64,000 bases of DNA from an uncultured Clostridia bacterium. Its GTDB lineage: Bacteria > Bacillota > Clostridia > Christensenellales > UBA1242. Positions within the stretch are counted from its first letter, which is position 1; every line of letters starts with the position of its first letter. The notes beneath the pieces were generated by a model. That model was not told the origin of the DNA. It worked only from the letters and a program-made list of their open reading frames with translations, and did no database searches. Where the stretch lies: the NCBI GenBank assembly GCA_944372355.1, contig CALVYS010000001.1, positions 32,681 to 96,680 on the forward strand, in the 5' to 3' direction. Positions 1-9,223 of this stretch are shown here, piece by piece. The position numbers and the translations under genes are program-made.

Positions 1-1
1 T

Positions 2-1165
2 CTCATTCCTTTCGGTGGAATAATAGCGGCCATGAGAGGCATTTTTCAGGGATATGAAAACATGTTTCCAACGGCTGTGAGCCAAATCATTGAACAGGCG
101 ATCAAATTTGCGCTGGGAGTGCTTTTTGCATATATTTTTGGGAAAAGATCATTGGAAGCGGGCGTGTTTGGAGCGTTTTTAGGTGTGACGGCGGGAGAGG
201 TTGTCGCAATCGCATATTTGAGCATATATATGCGCGTTAAAACCACTTTTGCTCAGGCTAGCGAAAAAGCCTTAAAGCTGCCATTTATCAAAGCGGTGTT
301 GCCGTTGTCACTTGGAGCGTCGGTCTTGCCTTTGGCAAGTGCGGTGGATTCTTTTGTGGTTGTTTCAAGGCTTGCACTTGCAGGAATTGATGGACAGGCC
401 GCCACCGCTCTTTTTGGTTTGCAAACTGGTGTGGTTGGTGCCATTTTGAATTTTCCATTGATCCTTTCTTCTTCCATTGCGATGGCAATGCTTCCGTCGA
501 TTTCTTTCATGGAGGCTCAATTTTCGCCTGAAAGTGAAAAATCAATAGCCTCTGCTCTCAAAATCATGTGGCTGGTGCTTTTGCCAATAGTTTTTGGGCT
601 TGCCTGCATCTGCAAACCTTTGTATTCACTCGTCTATCCATCGCTTGATGCCTCCATGCTGACATTTGCGGCAAACTTGACATATATAGGCGCTGTTTCA
701 ACTGTCATTTCCGCACTTATGCAGTTTTTTGTCACGCTGTTGCAAGCGAAGGGACAGTGGAACTACATCATGCTTTCATATTTCTTGGGTGGAGCGATAA
801 AGATTGCAAGCGTTGTGCTTTTGTGCGCTTTGCCTGCGGTCAATATATATGGCGTGGTGCTCAGCAACATCGCGCTTGCTTCGACGGTTTGCATCATGGC
901 TCTGATCAAGAACAAACGAAAAATCGGAGTCAACATCTTTGATCTTTCTTTGCCTCTCTTGTCAGCGATTGCCATGACGCTTGCCATCAATTTGCTTCAC
1001 ACTCATTTGAATCTTTCAAACATTTTGCAAATAGTCTTTTCTGTGATAATTGGTGGAGGGATTTACATTTTCTTTTGCCTTCCAATTTTGGCTGGAATAT
1101 TTAAGGAGATTTTTGCCAACAAATTTAAGGGGGAGCAAAATGAACAAAATGGAATTAATCAATAA
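2..1165 (+). CDS. MOP-superfamily flippase, SpoVB/MurJ-like (5' end cut by window edge)
   Basis: Frame is open from nt 2. Multi-TM product with RGIFQGYENMFPTAVSQIIEQ, the signature region of SpoVB/YtgP/MurJ-type flippases. Confidence 0.75.
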   Translation, partial: LIPFGGIIAAMRGIFQGYENMFPTAVSQIIEQAIKFALGVLFAYIFGKRSLEAGVFGAFLGVTAGEVVAIAYLSIYMRVKTTFAQASEKALKLPFIKAVLPLSLGASVLPLASAVDSFVVVSRLALAGIDGQAATALFGLQTGVVGAILNFPLILSSSIAMAMLPSISFMEAQFSPESEKSIASALKIMWLVLLPIVFGLACICKPLYSLVYPSLDASMLTFAANLTYIGAVSTVISALMQFFVTLLQAKGQWNYIMLSYFLGGAIKIASVVLLCALPAVNIYGVVLSNIALASTVCIMALIKNKRKIGVNIFDLSLPLLSAIAMTLAINLLHTHLNLSNILQIVFSVIIGGGIYIFFCLPILAGIFKEIFANKFKGEQNEQNGINQ

Positions 1166-1412
1166 TTTGAGCAAAATCACCTCTTTAAGTGCAAAAAAGT
1201 GTGAAAAAGTGCTGAATGGACTCAATTTTTTAATTTTTGACGCTTTAAGCAAGGGCGAAAGCGTCAGACTTGCAAAACTCGGCAGATTCTATGTCAAAAG
1301 TTTTGGACGGAGGCAGCTGACAAATCCAAAAACCAAGCGCAAGTTTGTGGTGGAAAGCCGCAATATGCCTGCTTTTAAAATGAGCAGCTCTCTTAAAAAA
1401 AGCATTATTTAA
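1140..1412 (+). CDS. HU/IHF-family DNA-binding protein (divergent paralog)
   Basis: 90 aa beginning MNKMELINNLS, with GRFYVKSFGRRQLTNPKTKRKFVVESRNMPAFK matching the HU arm region. AAGGGGGA SD lies upstream of the ATG at 1140. The longer 1050 start lacks support. Confidence 0.8.
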   Translation: MNKMELINNLSKITSLSAKKCEKVLNGLNFLIFDALSKGESVRLAKLGRFYVKSFGRRQLTNPKTKRKFVVESRNMPAFKMSSSLKKSII

Positions 1413-1448
1413 GTTTGCAAAGTTTTTAAAGTCTGCTAAAATATCCGT

Positions 1449-2381
1449 ATGAAAATTGGCGGACTTGAATTGGAAAATAATTTGATGCTGGCACCACTTG
1501 CAGGAATGAGTGATGTCGGGTTTCGTGCGGTCTGTGCCTCGCAAGGTGCGGCCATCACTTTTTCTGAAATGCTTTCGGCGCAAGCGATGAAGCACGATTC
1601 AAAGAAAACGGCAGACATGACCGTGACTAACCCTGATGAGAAGATCAAGTTTGCCCAAATTTTTGGTCATGAAGCGCAAGTTATGGCTCAGGCTGCAAGC
1701 AGCCCGTTGCTTGCCGATTTTGACGGAATCGACATCAATATGGGCTGTCCAGCTCCAAAGGTTGTAAAAAATGGAGATGGCTCGGCACTGCTTAAAAACC
1801 TGTCGCTTGCGGGTGAAATAATTTCAGCAGTCAAAAATGCGACGAAAAAGCCGGTTTCTGTCAAAGTGCGTTTGGGCTTTCAGAATGAAAACATAGCCCA
1901 AATAGTTCGAGCCTGTCAAGAGGGCGGTGCGGATTTTATCACGGTTCATGGCAGAACGCGTGAGCAAGGATATGCCGGAAAGGTGAATTTGGAAGCAATC
2001 GCATTGGCAAAAAGTGTTGCCACCGTGCCGATTGTTGGAAATGGCGATGTGGTGGATTTGCAAAGCTTCCAAAACATGCTTGCAACAAATGTGGACGGAG
2101 TCATGATTGGAAGAGGGGCGCTTGGGCGACCATGGATTTTTTCAGAGCTTCTTGGACGTGAGTGCCGGAATAAGTTTGATTTGATTTTGCGGCACGTGCA
2201 GATCCTGCGAGAGCATTATCCAGAAAAATGGCTGGTGCTATACTTGCGAAAACACTTTTTGTCGTATGCCGCGGCATTCAAAGCTGGCGGAGAGGCGAAA
2301 AGGCGGCTTGCAATCAGCCCAAGCATTGATGAAAGTTTGGAAATCTTGAAAGAGCAGTTCAATCATTTTGAGATCTTTTGA
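1449..2381 (+). CDS. dus: tRNA-dihydrouridine synthase
   Basis: 310 aa. LAPLAGMSDVGFR, DINMGCPAPKV and VHGRTREQ motifs of the Dus family. Confidence 0.85.
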   Translation: MKIGGLELENNLMLAPLAGMSDVGFRAVCASQGAAITFSEMLSAQAMKHDSKKTADMTVTNPDEKIKFAQIFGHEAQVMAQAASSPLLADFDGIDINMGCPAPKVVKNGDGSALLKNLSLAGEIISAVKNATKKPVSVKVRLGFQNENIAQIVRACQEGGADFITVHGRTREQGYAGKVNLEAIALAKSVATVPIVGNGDVVDLQSFQNMLATNVDGVMIGRGALGRPWIFSELLGRECRNKFDLILRHVQILREHYPEKWLVLYLRKHFLSYAAAFKAGGEAKRRLAISPSIDESLEILKEQFNHFEIF

Positions 2382-2418
2382 AAAAGTTGTAAAATGGAAA
2401 TGAATTTAAGGAGGAGTG

Positions 2419-3600
2419 ATGAAAAGAAGCATCAAAGACCTTGCCAGTGTGGAAGGCAAAAGAATCTTTTTGCGAGCTGACTTCAACCTGCCAATGGACA
2501 GGTTTGGCCGCATAACAGACACCACCAGAGTGACAAGCGAACTTCCTACAATCAGATATTTAGTAGAAAGAGGGGCAAAGGTTATCATTTGCTCTCATTT
2601 GGGCAGGCCAAAAGGCTTTGATTTCAGGCTTTCAATGTGGCCAATCGCTCTGATACTGATGAGATATTTTCCTGGCAAAGTTCAATTTGCACACAAAGTG
2701 ATCGGCCAGGAAGTCAAAGACAGAATTGCAAACATGTCAAATGGTTCAATCTTGCTGCTTGAAAATGTCAGGTTTTACAAGGAAGAGGAGGAAAATGATC
2801 CTGGGTTTGCCAAGGAGCTCGCTTCGCTTGCCGATATATATGTCAACGATGCTTTTGGTGTGGCACACAGAAAACATGCTTCCACATATGGCGTGGCAAG
2901 ACTTCTTCCAAACGCTATTGGTTTTTTGATGGAAAATGAGATTCAAACGATAACCGAAGCTATTCAAAACCCTAAAAAACCATTTGTCGCTATTTTTGGT
3001 GGGGCGAAGGTGCAAGACAAGATCAAGGCGATTTTGAATATTGCAAAATCCGCCGATGTGATTTTGGTCGGAGGAGCCATGGCTTATTCGTTTTTGATAG
3101 CACGAGGCGAAACGGTTGGCAGAAGCATGGCCAACACTGAAAGCGTTGCATATGCCGAACAGGTGATGGCTGAACTTAAAGAAATGGGCAAGCGCTTAGT
3201 GCTTCCAGTCGATCATGTTGCATACACTTTTGGTGACAGGAAGGAGAAGACTTTTGTCACCGAAATTCTTTCAGGTGAAATGGTGGGCGCAGACATTGGG
3301 CCAAAAACCATAAAATTGTTTGAGGACGAGATTAAAAATGCCAGGCAGGTGATTTGGAACGGTCCGCTTGGCAAATATGAAGACGAAAAATTCCAAAAAG
3401 GAACGTTTGAAATAGCCAAAGAAATCGCACACTCACAGGCCTATTCAATAGTGGGCGGAGGTGACAGTGTGAGCGCTGTCAAGCAAGCAAAATGCATGCG
3501 AATGATAAACCACATTTCAACAGGTGGCGGAGCAACGCTCAAATTGCTTGGTGGTGAAAACCTGCCGGGAATAGATGTCATTCAGGAGAAATATCTATGA
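2419..3600 (+). CDS. pgk: phosphoglycerate kinase
   Basis: GKRIFLRADFNLPMD at the N-terminus and a full-length PGK-like product. AAGGAGG SD at 2408-2414. GTG at 2416 is an alternative start. Confidence 0.95.
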   Translation: MKRSIKDLASVEGKRIFLRADFNLPMDRFGRITDTTRVTSELPTIRYLVERGAKVIICSHLGRPKGFDFRLSMWPIALILMRYFPGKVQFAHKVIGQEVKDRIANMSNGSILLLENVRFYKEEEENDPGFAKELASLADIYVNDAFGVAHRKHASTYGVARLLPNAIGFLMENEIQTITEAIQNPKKPFVAIFGGAKVQDKIKAILNIAKSADVILVGGAMAYSFLIARGETVGRSMANTESVAYAEQVMAELKEMGKRLVLPVDHVAYTFGDRKEKTFVTEILSGEMVGADIGPKTIKLFEDEIKNARQVIWNGPLGKYEDEKFQKGTFEIAKEIAHSQAYSIVGGGDSVSAVKQAKCMRMINHISTGGGATLKLLGGENLPGIDVIQEKYL

Positions 3601-4346
3601 AAAAACTCATAATCGGAAATTTTAAAATGAACCAAACGCCAGAAGAAAGCAAGGCCTATTTCACAAAATTCGTGGCAGGGTTCAATGGCAATCGTGCCGA
3701 TGTGGTGCTTTGCCCTTCATATCTGTCACTTCCGGTTGCAACCTTTCTTGCCAAGGGCAGCCCTGTAAAGCTTGGTGCGCAGAATGTGAGCGATGAAGAG
3801 GAAGGCTCTTTCACCGGAGAGGTTAGCGCACAAATGCTCAAAAACCTTGGCGTTGAATATGTGATTGTCGGACACAGCGACAGACGCAACAAATTTAAAG
3901 AGAGCGATCGGCTTGTCAACAAAAAGATCAAAACGGCGCTCAAAAATGGGCTGAAATGCGTGCTTTGCGTGGGCGAGTCGCTTGCGGATCGCAACACAGG
4001 CAAAACTTTTGATGTCATTCGTCATCAAATTGAAGAAGGCGTGCGTGGGCTTTATGAAAACGAGCTTGAAAGCGTGATCATAGCCTATGAGCCAATTTGG
4101 GCGATAGGCACAGGGCAAAACGCCAGTGTCAAAGATGTTGAAAATGCTGCAAAAGTGATTCGCAAGGTTATTTTTGAAAGCTATTCAGAAAAAGCCAGCC
4201 GCGACATTCAAGTGATTTATGGTGGAAGCCTGAATGAGAAAAATGTGGGGGCGCTGCTCAACTGCGCAGGAATTGATGGCGGACTTTTTGGAAGAATTTC
4301 ACTCAACGTCAACTTGTTTTTGGACATTGCAAACAATTTAAAATAA
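3597..4346 (+). CDS. tpiA: triose-phosphate isomerase
   Basis: 249 aa. GNFKMN, VGHSDRR and AYEPIWAIGTG motifs. ATGA overlap with the pgk stop. Confidence 0.95.
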   Translation: MKKLIIGNFKMNQTPEESKAYFTKFVAGFNGNRADVVLCPSYLSLPVATFLAKGSPVKLGAQNVSDEEEGSFTGEVSAQMLKNLGVEYVIVGHSDRRNKFKESDRLVNKKIKTALKNGLKCVLCVGESLADRNTGKTFDVIRHQIEEGVRGLYENELESVIIAYEPIWAIGTGQNASVKDVENAAKVIRKVIFESYSEKASRDIQVIYGGSLNEKNVGALLNCAGIDGGLFGRISLNVNLFLDIANNLK

Positions 4347-4363
4347 CGGCTTTTAAAAAAGCC

Positions 4364-4392
4364 TTTACATAAAAGCTGTGATTTTGTATAAT
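4364..4392 (+). promoter_or_regulatory. sigma-A-type promoter upstream of dnaX
   Basis: TTTACA (4364-4369), 17-nt spacer, TATAAT (4387-4392). It places the listed 4378 start inside the promoter. Confidence 0.6.
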
Positions 4393-4410
4393 GAAAAAAA
4401 AGGTGGAAAC

Positions 4411-5526
4411 ATGGAAGAAAGCACAACACATCTTGCTCTTTACAGAAAATATAGGCCGCGCACTTTTGAAGAAGTCGTTGGGCAGGAGCACATAACCAAA
4501 ACACTTGCAAACCAAATTTTGGCAGGCAAACTTTCTCATGCCTATCTTTTTACTGGTTCGCGCGGAACTGGCAAAACCAGCGTTGCAAAAATTTTTGCAA
4601 GAGCGGTGAATTGTGAAAACAACACGACAGGCTCACCTTGTGGTGAATGTGAAACCTGCAAAAGATTGGCGGCTGAAAATGATATAAACATTATTGAAAT
4701 CGACGCGGCTTCCAACAACCGCGTGGACGACATTCGCGAGCTGCGTGAAAAAGTCAAATTTGCACCTATCGGCGCCAAGTATAAAGTTTACATCATCGAC
4801 GAAGTTCACATGCTTTCAGACAGTGCGTTTAATGCGCTTTTGAAAACTTTGGAAGAACCACCAAAATATGTCATCTTCATTTTGGCAACCACCGAAGTTC
4901 ACAAACTTCCTGCGACCATACTTTCAAGATGTTCACGATTTGATTTTAGGTTGCTTTCAATTGACAATCTGTCAAAAGTCTTGTCGTCTGTGTTTGAAAA
5001 AGAGGGCATAGATGCAGAGCCAGAGGCGATCAAACTCATCGCGGCAAGCGGAGAAGGAAGTGTGAGAGACACACTTTCCATAGCTGATTCAGTGAACGCA
5101 TATGCGAGAGGGCACATAACCAAAGAGGACGTTTTGCGCGTGCTTGGCACAACAGACCATGAACTTTTGATCAACTTTTTTGACAAAATCATAGATAAAG
5201 ATATCGGTGGTGTTTTGACTGAAATCAATCAGATCGATGCCAGCGGAAAAAATCTTGCAGTTTTTGCAAAAGACGCAGCAAAACATGCAAGAGACCTGCT
5301 TATTTGCAAAACCTGTCAGCAGCCAAATGAAATTTTAAATATGCCTGATGATGTGTTGGAAAAATATATGGCACAAGCGGACCGTGCCACTGACAAGCAG
5401 CTGATCATGTATATGCAAAATTTTGCATCGAGTGAAGCGGAGCTGAGATATGCTCTGTCAACCAGGTTGCTGCTGGAAAGCCTTGCAATCGCCTGCATCA
5501 ACGGAGAACTCGAAAAAAAAAATTGA
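4411..5526 (+). CDS. dnaX: DNA polymerase III gamma/tau subunit, domains I-III only in the genomic frame
   Basis: YRPRTFEEVVGQEH, GSRGTGKTS Walker A, a CGECETC zinc module and IIDEVHMLS. AAAGGTGG SD before the ATG at 4411. It ends two codons after an A10 run. Confidence 0.9.
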   Translation: MEESTTHLALYRKYRPRTFEEVVGQEHITKTLANQILAGKLSHAYLFTGSRGTGKTSVAKIFARAVNCENNTTGSPCGECETCKRLAAENDINIIEIDAASNNRVDDIRELREKVKFAPIGAKYKVYIIDEVHMLSDSAFNALLKTLEEPPKYVIFILATTEVHKLPATILSRCSRFDFRLLSIDNLSKVLSSVFEKEGIDAEPEAIKLIAASGEGSVRDTLSIADSVNAYARGHITKEDVLRVLGTTDHELLINFFDKIIDKDIGGVLTEINQIDASGKNLAVFAKDAAKHARDLLICKTCQQPNEILNMPDDVLEKYMAQADRATDKQLIMYMQNFASSEAELRYALSTRLLLESLAIACINGELEKKN

Positions 5527-5864
5527 TTAAGCCGCTCGCTTCGCGCTCTGCATCAAATGAGCGAGAGATTTGGGGCAAGGTGGTGTTGTTTTTGAAAGAA
5601 CACAAACATGTTGCGCTTCATGTGGCGTGCGGCGATATAACAGATGTGACAATCAAAGATGGAAATCTTGTCATATCCACCTTTGACAACACAGTGGCTT
5701 CGCTTTTGGAAGATGGCAAGCGTGAAATAGAGCGTGCTCTCAGCTGGCAAGGCTTGGAAATGGGCGTGACCATCGACAAAAAAGAGGAGCTTCCAAACAA
5801 AATGGAGCTTGACGAGGCCAAATTGAGCAAACTTTTTGGCAATAAATTAAAAGTCATTAAATAA
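5523..5864 (+). CDS. DnaX/tau C-terminal-domain-like ORF in the -1 frame relative to dnaX
   Basis: Only a TTG start and no obvious SD. The frame is open across the A10 run of dnaX. The product pattern IWGKVV..LKEHK...LVISTFDN...EIERALS resembles the C-terminal domain of full-length Firmicute DnaX (from memory, not searched). Confidence 0.55.
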   Translation: MIKPLASRSASNEREIWGKVVLFLKEHKHVALHVACGDITDVTIKDGNLVISTFDNTVASLLEDGKREIERALSWQGLEMGVTIDKKEELPNKMELDEAKLSKLFGNKLKVIK

Positions 5865-5877
5865 TGGAGGATTTAAT

Positions 5878-6198
5878 ATGGGATACGGTTTCGGTGGAGG
5901 CTTTGGCGGAGGAAATATGCAGCAACTCATGCGCCAAGCACAAAAAATTCAACAGCAAATGCAACAGGCAAGAGAGCAGCTTGATCAAGAAGAGTTTGTT
6001 GGCAGCTCTGGTGGCGGCATGGTTGAGGTTACGATGTTTGGAAACAAAACCTTGAAAAAGGTTGCTATAAATCCAAAAGTTGTCGATCCTGATGATGTTG
6101 AGATGCTGGAAGATTTGATCATTTCAGCGTTCAATGATGTTTTGGCAAAAATCGAAATCGCGGAAAAAGAGAGAATACCTCAAATTCCAGGAATGTAA
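5878..6198 (+). CDS. ybaB: nucleoid-associated protein YbaB/EbfC
   Basis: 106 aa, Gly-rich N-terminus then MQQLMRQAQKIQQQMQQAREQL. GGAGG SD. Conserved dnaX-ybaB-recR order. Confidence 0.9.
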   Translation: MGYGFGGGFGGGNMQQLMRQAQKIQQQMQQAREQLDQEEFVGSSGGGMVEVTMFGNKTLKKVAINPKVVDPDDVEMLEDLIISAFNDVLAKIEIAEKERIPQIPGM

Positions 6199-6199
6199 G

Positions 6200-6799
6200 A
6201 TGGCAAAGTTTGACGATCCTATTGAAAGATTGATTGAATATTTTAGATCGCTTCCAGGCGTTGGCTATAAAACTGCACAGCGCTATGCCTTTTCAATTAT
6301 TGAAGGTTCGCAAGAGCGCGCGGCCAACTTTGCAGAGGCCTTGACAGATGTCAAGCGCAAGATTTCTCTCTGTCAAAAATGTGGAAATTACACGGACAAG
6401 CCATTGTGTGACATCTGCACCAGCAGGGATTTGAAAACGGTTTGTGTGGTCAAAGAACCGAAAGATATTTTGGCGATGGAAAAGATCAGAAATTACACCG
6501 GCACCTATCATGTGCTGTTTGGCACCATCAGTCCACTTGACGGCAGAGGACCAAATGACATAAAAATCAAAGAGCTTTTAAAACGTGTGCAAGATGACAA
6601 AGTTTCAGAGGTCATCATGGCAACCGATCCTGATGTTGAAGGCGATGCCACTGCAATGTATATTGCAAGGCTGTTGAAGCCGATGGGCGTCAAGGTGACA
6701 AGGCTTGCACAGGGCATATCCATGGGCAGCAGTTTGGAGTATGCAGATGAGATAACTCTTTCCAAAGCAATGGAAGCACGAAAGGAGATGAATGATTAA
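6200..6799 (+). CDS. recR: recombination protein RecR
   Basis: LIEYFRSLPGVGYKTAQRYAF (HhH), a C4 zinc finger (CQKCGN...CDIC) and a Toprim region. Start is the ATG at 6200. Confidence 0.95.
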   Translation: MAKFDDPIERLIEYFRSLPGVGYKTAQRYAFSIIEGSQERAANFAEALTDVKRKISLCQKCGNYTDKPLCDICTSRDLKTVCVVKEPKDILAMEKIRNYTGTYHVLFGTISPLDGRGPNDIKIKELLKRVQDDKVSEVIMATDPDVEGDATAMYIARLLKPMGVKVTRLAQGISMGSSLEYADEITLSKAMEARKEMND

Positions 6800-8531
6800 A
6801 GAGACCGCTCAAAAGCTGTTGAACGACGCAGCAAAAAAGTTAGGGCTGCCGGAAAATTTTTCGGTGGTTTTTTCTGCGCTGCCGCAGCTTTGTGATTTTC
6901 AATCCAACTCAGTTTTTGCAATCGCAAAACAGACGCAAAAAAATCCATTGCTTTTGGCGGAGGATGTCGTCAACGCCACAGCGCCTAGCAAATGGTTTTC
7001 CTTTTCGGTTGCAAAACCTGCGTTTATAAACATCAGTCTGACACAAGAAGGTTTGGCAGAACTTGCAGCAGAGGTTGAAAAAGCCGGCAAAGCGCAGCCA
7101 AAGCAAGACAAACACATATTCATCGATTACGGCGGTCCAAACATAGGGAAGGCTATGCACATTGGGCATATGCGCTCATTCAACATAGGCGAAGCATTCA
7201 AACGCCTTTACCGAAAACTGGGCTACAAAGTTACAAGTGACATATTCTTGGGAGACTGGGGCATGCCTCTTGGCCTTATTATGGCTCTTTTGGAAAGAGA
7301 AGGCAGATTGCAGGATTGCATGTCGGGCAAGGAAAGGGTGAGCATTGAACTTATGAATTATGCCTATCCAAAGGCCAGCAAACTTAAAGAAGAAGATGAA
7401 GCTTTCAAACAGCGTGCGATGGACTTGACACTCGCATTCCAACAGAAAAAACAACCTTATTATGATTTTTGGAAAGTTTTGCGAAAGGTTTCGGTTGACG
7501 AAATCAAAAAAGTTTGCAAGGGCATCAATGTGGATTTTGACCTTTGGAACGGTGAAAGTGATGCAAGCGATTATATTCAAACAGTGATCGACATTTTCAA
7601 AGAAAAGGGGCTTGCTTACATCAGCGAAGGTGCCTTGGTGGTTGATGTGGCAGAAGAAGGGGAGCAGATTCCAATTCCTAAAAAAAGCGCAGACGAAGTG
7701 CAGCGTTATGAAAATCCGATGCCACCTCTCATGCTTCAAAAATCCAATGGAGGCGACCTTTATGCCACTTCTGACATTGCGACAATATATTATCGAAACA
7801 AACTTTACCACCCGGACATAATCCATTATTTTACCGATGCAAGGCAGTCGCAAAGGTTTACGCAAATTTTCCGTGCTTGCAAAAAGGCTGGCATCTCTCC
7901 AAAGGAGCAGCAACTTTGGCACACCGGCTTTGGGACGCTCAATGGAAAAGATGGAAAAGCTTTGAAAACGCGCAACGGTGGGAACGTGGCTTTGGTGGAT
8001 CTTTTGAACATGCTTTATGAAAAGGCAGAACAAAAGCTTCAACAAAATGGAACGGAATATGATGATGAGCTAAAACGCAAGATTGGAAATGCCGCACTTA
8101 AATTTGCTGACCTTTCAAACACAGTCGAAAAAGATTACATCTTCGATCTTGACAGGTTCACATCTTTTGAAGGGAAGACGGGACCTTACATTCAATACAC
8201 TGCCTGCCGAATCAAATCGATCCTGGCAAAGGCTGGCGAGTTTGAAAACAGTTTCAACTTTTATTCGCAAGAGCAAAAGGCGGTGGTCATCGCTTTGGCA
8301 AAACTCGAAGCCAGTTTCCCAGCCGCTTTTGTTGACAAAAGCATGAGTGGAATTTGCTCGGCGCTTTACGATGTTGCAAAAAACTTTTCAACTTTTTACA
8401 ACCAAGAGCACATTCTTTCAGAGCCGAATTTAAGCAAAAAAAGTGTCAAACTCACACTTGCAAAATTGACCTTAGATGCGATTGCAAGAGCCTGTGATGT
8501 GCTTGCGATCGAGCTTCCTGAAAAGATGTAA
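6792..8531 (+). CDS. argS: arginine--tRNA ligase
   Basis: 579 aa. GGPNIGKAMHIGHMRS class-I HIGH region and GDWGMPLG. Overlaps the recR stop by 8 nt. Confidence 0.95.
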   Translation: MIKETAQKLLNDAAKKLGLPENFSVVFSALPQLCDFQSNSVFAIAKQTQKNPLLLAEDVVNATAPSKWFSFSVAKPAFINISLTQEGLAELAAEVEKAGKAQPKQDKHIFIDYGGPNIGKAMHIGHMRSFNIGEAFKRLYRKLGYKVTSDIFLGDWGMPLGLIMALLEREGRLQDCMSGKERVSIELMNYAYPKASKLKEEDEAFKQRAMDLTLAFQQKKQPYYDFWKVLRKVSVDEIKKVCKGINVDFDLWNGESDASDYIQTVIDIFKEKGLAYISEGALVVDVAEEGEQIPIPKKSADEVQRYENPMPPLMLQKSNGGDLYATSDIATIYYRNKLYHPDIIHYFTDARQSQRFTQIFRACKKAGISPKEQQLWHTGFGTLNGKDGKALKTRNGGNVALVDLLNMLYEKAEQKLQQNGTEYDDELKRKIGNAALKFADLSNTVEKDYIFDLDRFTSFEGKTGPYIQYTACRIKSILAKAGEFENSFNFYSQEQKAVVIALAKLEASFPAAFVDKSMSGICSALYDVAKNFSTFYNQEHILSEPNLSKKSVKLTLAKLTLDAIARACDVLAIELPEKM

Positions 8532-8641
8532 ACACCTTTAAAATAAAGGCGAAAAAATAAAATAAAAATTTTTAAAAAAAACTATTTACAAATCGCAAAG
8601 TTTGTGTTATAGTAAAGGTGTCAACAAGGAGGAGAACAATT

Positions 8642-8773
8642 ATGCCAAACTTTCCACTTACAATTTTAAAAGAGAATGTGACAGTTGTTTCTTACAACCC
8701 AGTAGCGCAAAAATCAAAAGTTGCATCGATTGCTGCCAAGGTTGAGAAACAAGAAAGCGCTATGTCAAGATAA
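8642..8773 (+). CDS. small hypothetical protein (43 aa) with its own promoter, SD and terminator
   Basis: AAGGAGGAG SD at 8627-8635. ORF is MPNFPLTILKENVTVVSYNPVAQKSKVASIAAKVEKQESAMSR. Upstream TTTACA...TGTGTTATAGT promoter-like motif and an intrinsic terminator just downstream. Below the ORF-track length cutoff. Confidence 0.4.
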   Translation: MPNFPLTILKENVTVVSYNPVAQKSKVASIAAKVEKQESAMSR

Positions 8774-8785
8774 CGAAATTTTTAA

Positions 8786-8809
8786 AAACGGGCTTTTGCC
8801 CGTTTTTTT
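8786..8809 (+). terminator. intrinsic terminator
   Basis: ACGGGC-TTTT-GCCCGT hairpin followed by a T-run. Confidence 0.75.
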
Positions 8810-8868
8810 ATGTCAAATTGTTTGCTAAATCAAAAAAAGTTTGTTAAAATGATAATATATTGGAGAAA

Positions 8869-9177
8869 ATGATGCGACAATTTATCTATCCTGCAATTTT
8901 CTATTTTGATGAAGATGAAACCAAGGTCTATTTTCCAGACCTTGACATTTCAACCTCGGGCGACAATTATGACGAGGCCTTTTTGTTTGCAAAAGAGCTT
9001 TTGAAGGTTTATTTCATGTATGTTTTGACAAACGATTTCGATTTCAATTTTCCTTCAAATTTTGCTGACGTAAACAAAAAATGTGGAGAAAAGGAAAAGA
9101 CCATGCTTATAGACGCCTTTGTTTCAGATGCTGATTTGAAAGAATTTAAAAAATCATCAAAAAGGCGCGGGGCTTAA
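8869..9177 (+). CDS. HicB-like (UPF0150) antitoxin-fold protein, no HicA partner seen
   Basis: YPAIFYFDEDETKVYFPDLDISTSGDNYDEAFLFAKELL matches the HicB N-terminal pattern (yp..f..d.....v.fPdl....t.G.t.eEA). TGTTAAAAT extended -10 upstream. The ATG at 8872 is equally possible. Confidence 0.55.
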   Translation: MMRQFIYPAIFYFDEDETKVYFPDLDISTSGDNYDEAFLFAKELLKVYFMYVLTNDFDFNFPSNFADVNKKCGEKEKTMLIDAFVSDADLKEFKKSSKRRGA

Positions 9178-9223
9178 ATTGCATTTTTATGAGAATAAAT
9201 TTTATATTTCCACATGTTTTTTC

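Noticed and set aside
4378-4410. Longer N-terminal starts listed by the ORF track (dnaX 4378, rplK 10553, recR 6134, lepB 31969, ABC-F 49564, acetyltransferase 47761)
   Set aside because: These starts fall inside promoters or upstream genes and lack an SD. Internal ATGs with good SDs match the conserved N-termini.
7176-8045. 289-aa ORF on the minus strand inside argS
   Set aside because: It is fully antisense to a well-supported argS. Its composition is low-complexity and typical of a shadow ORF, and it has no SD.
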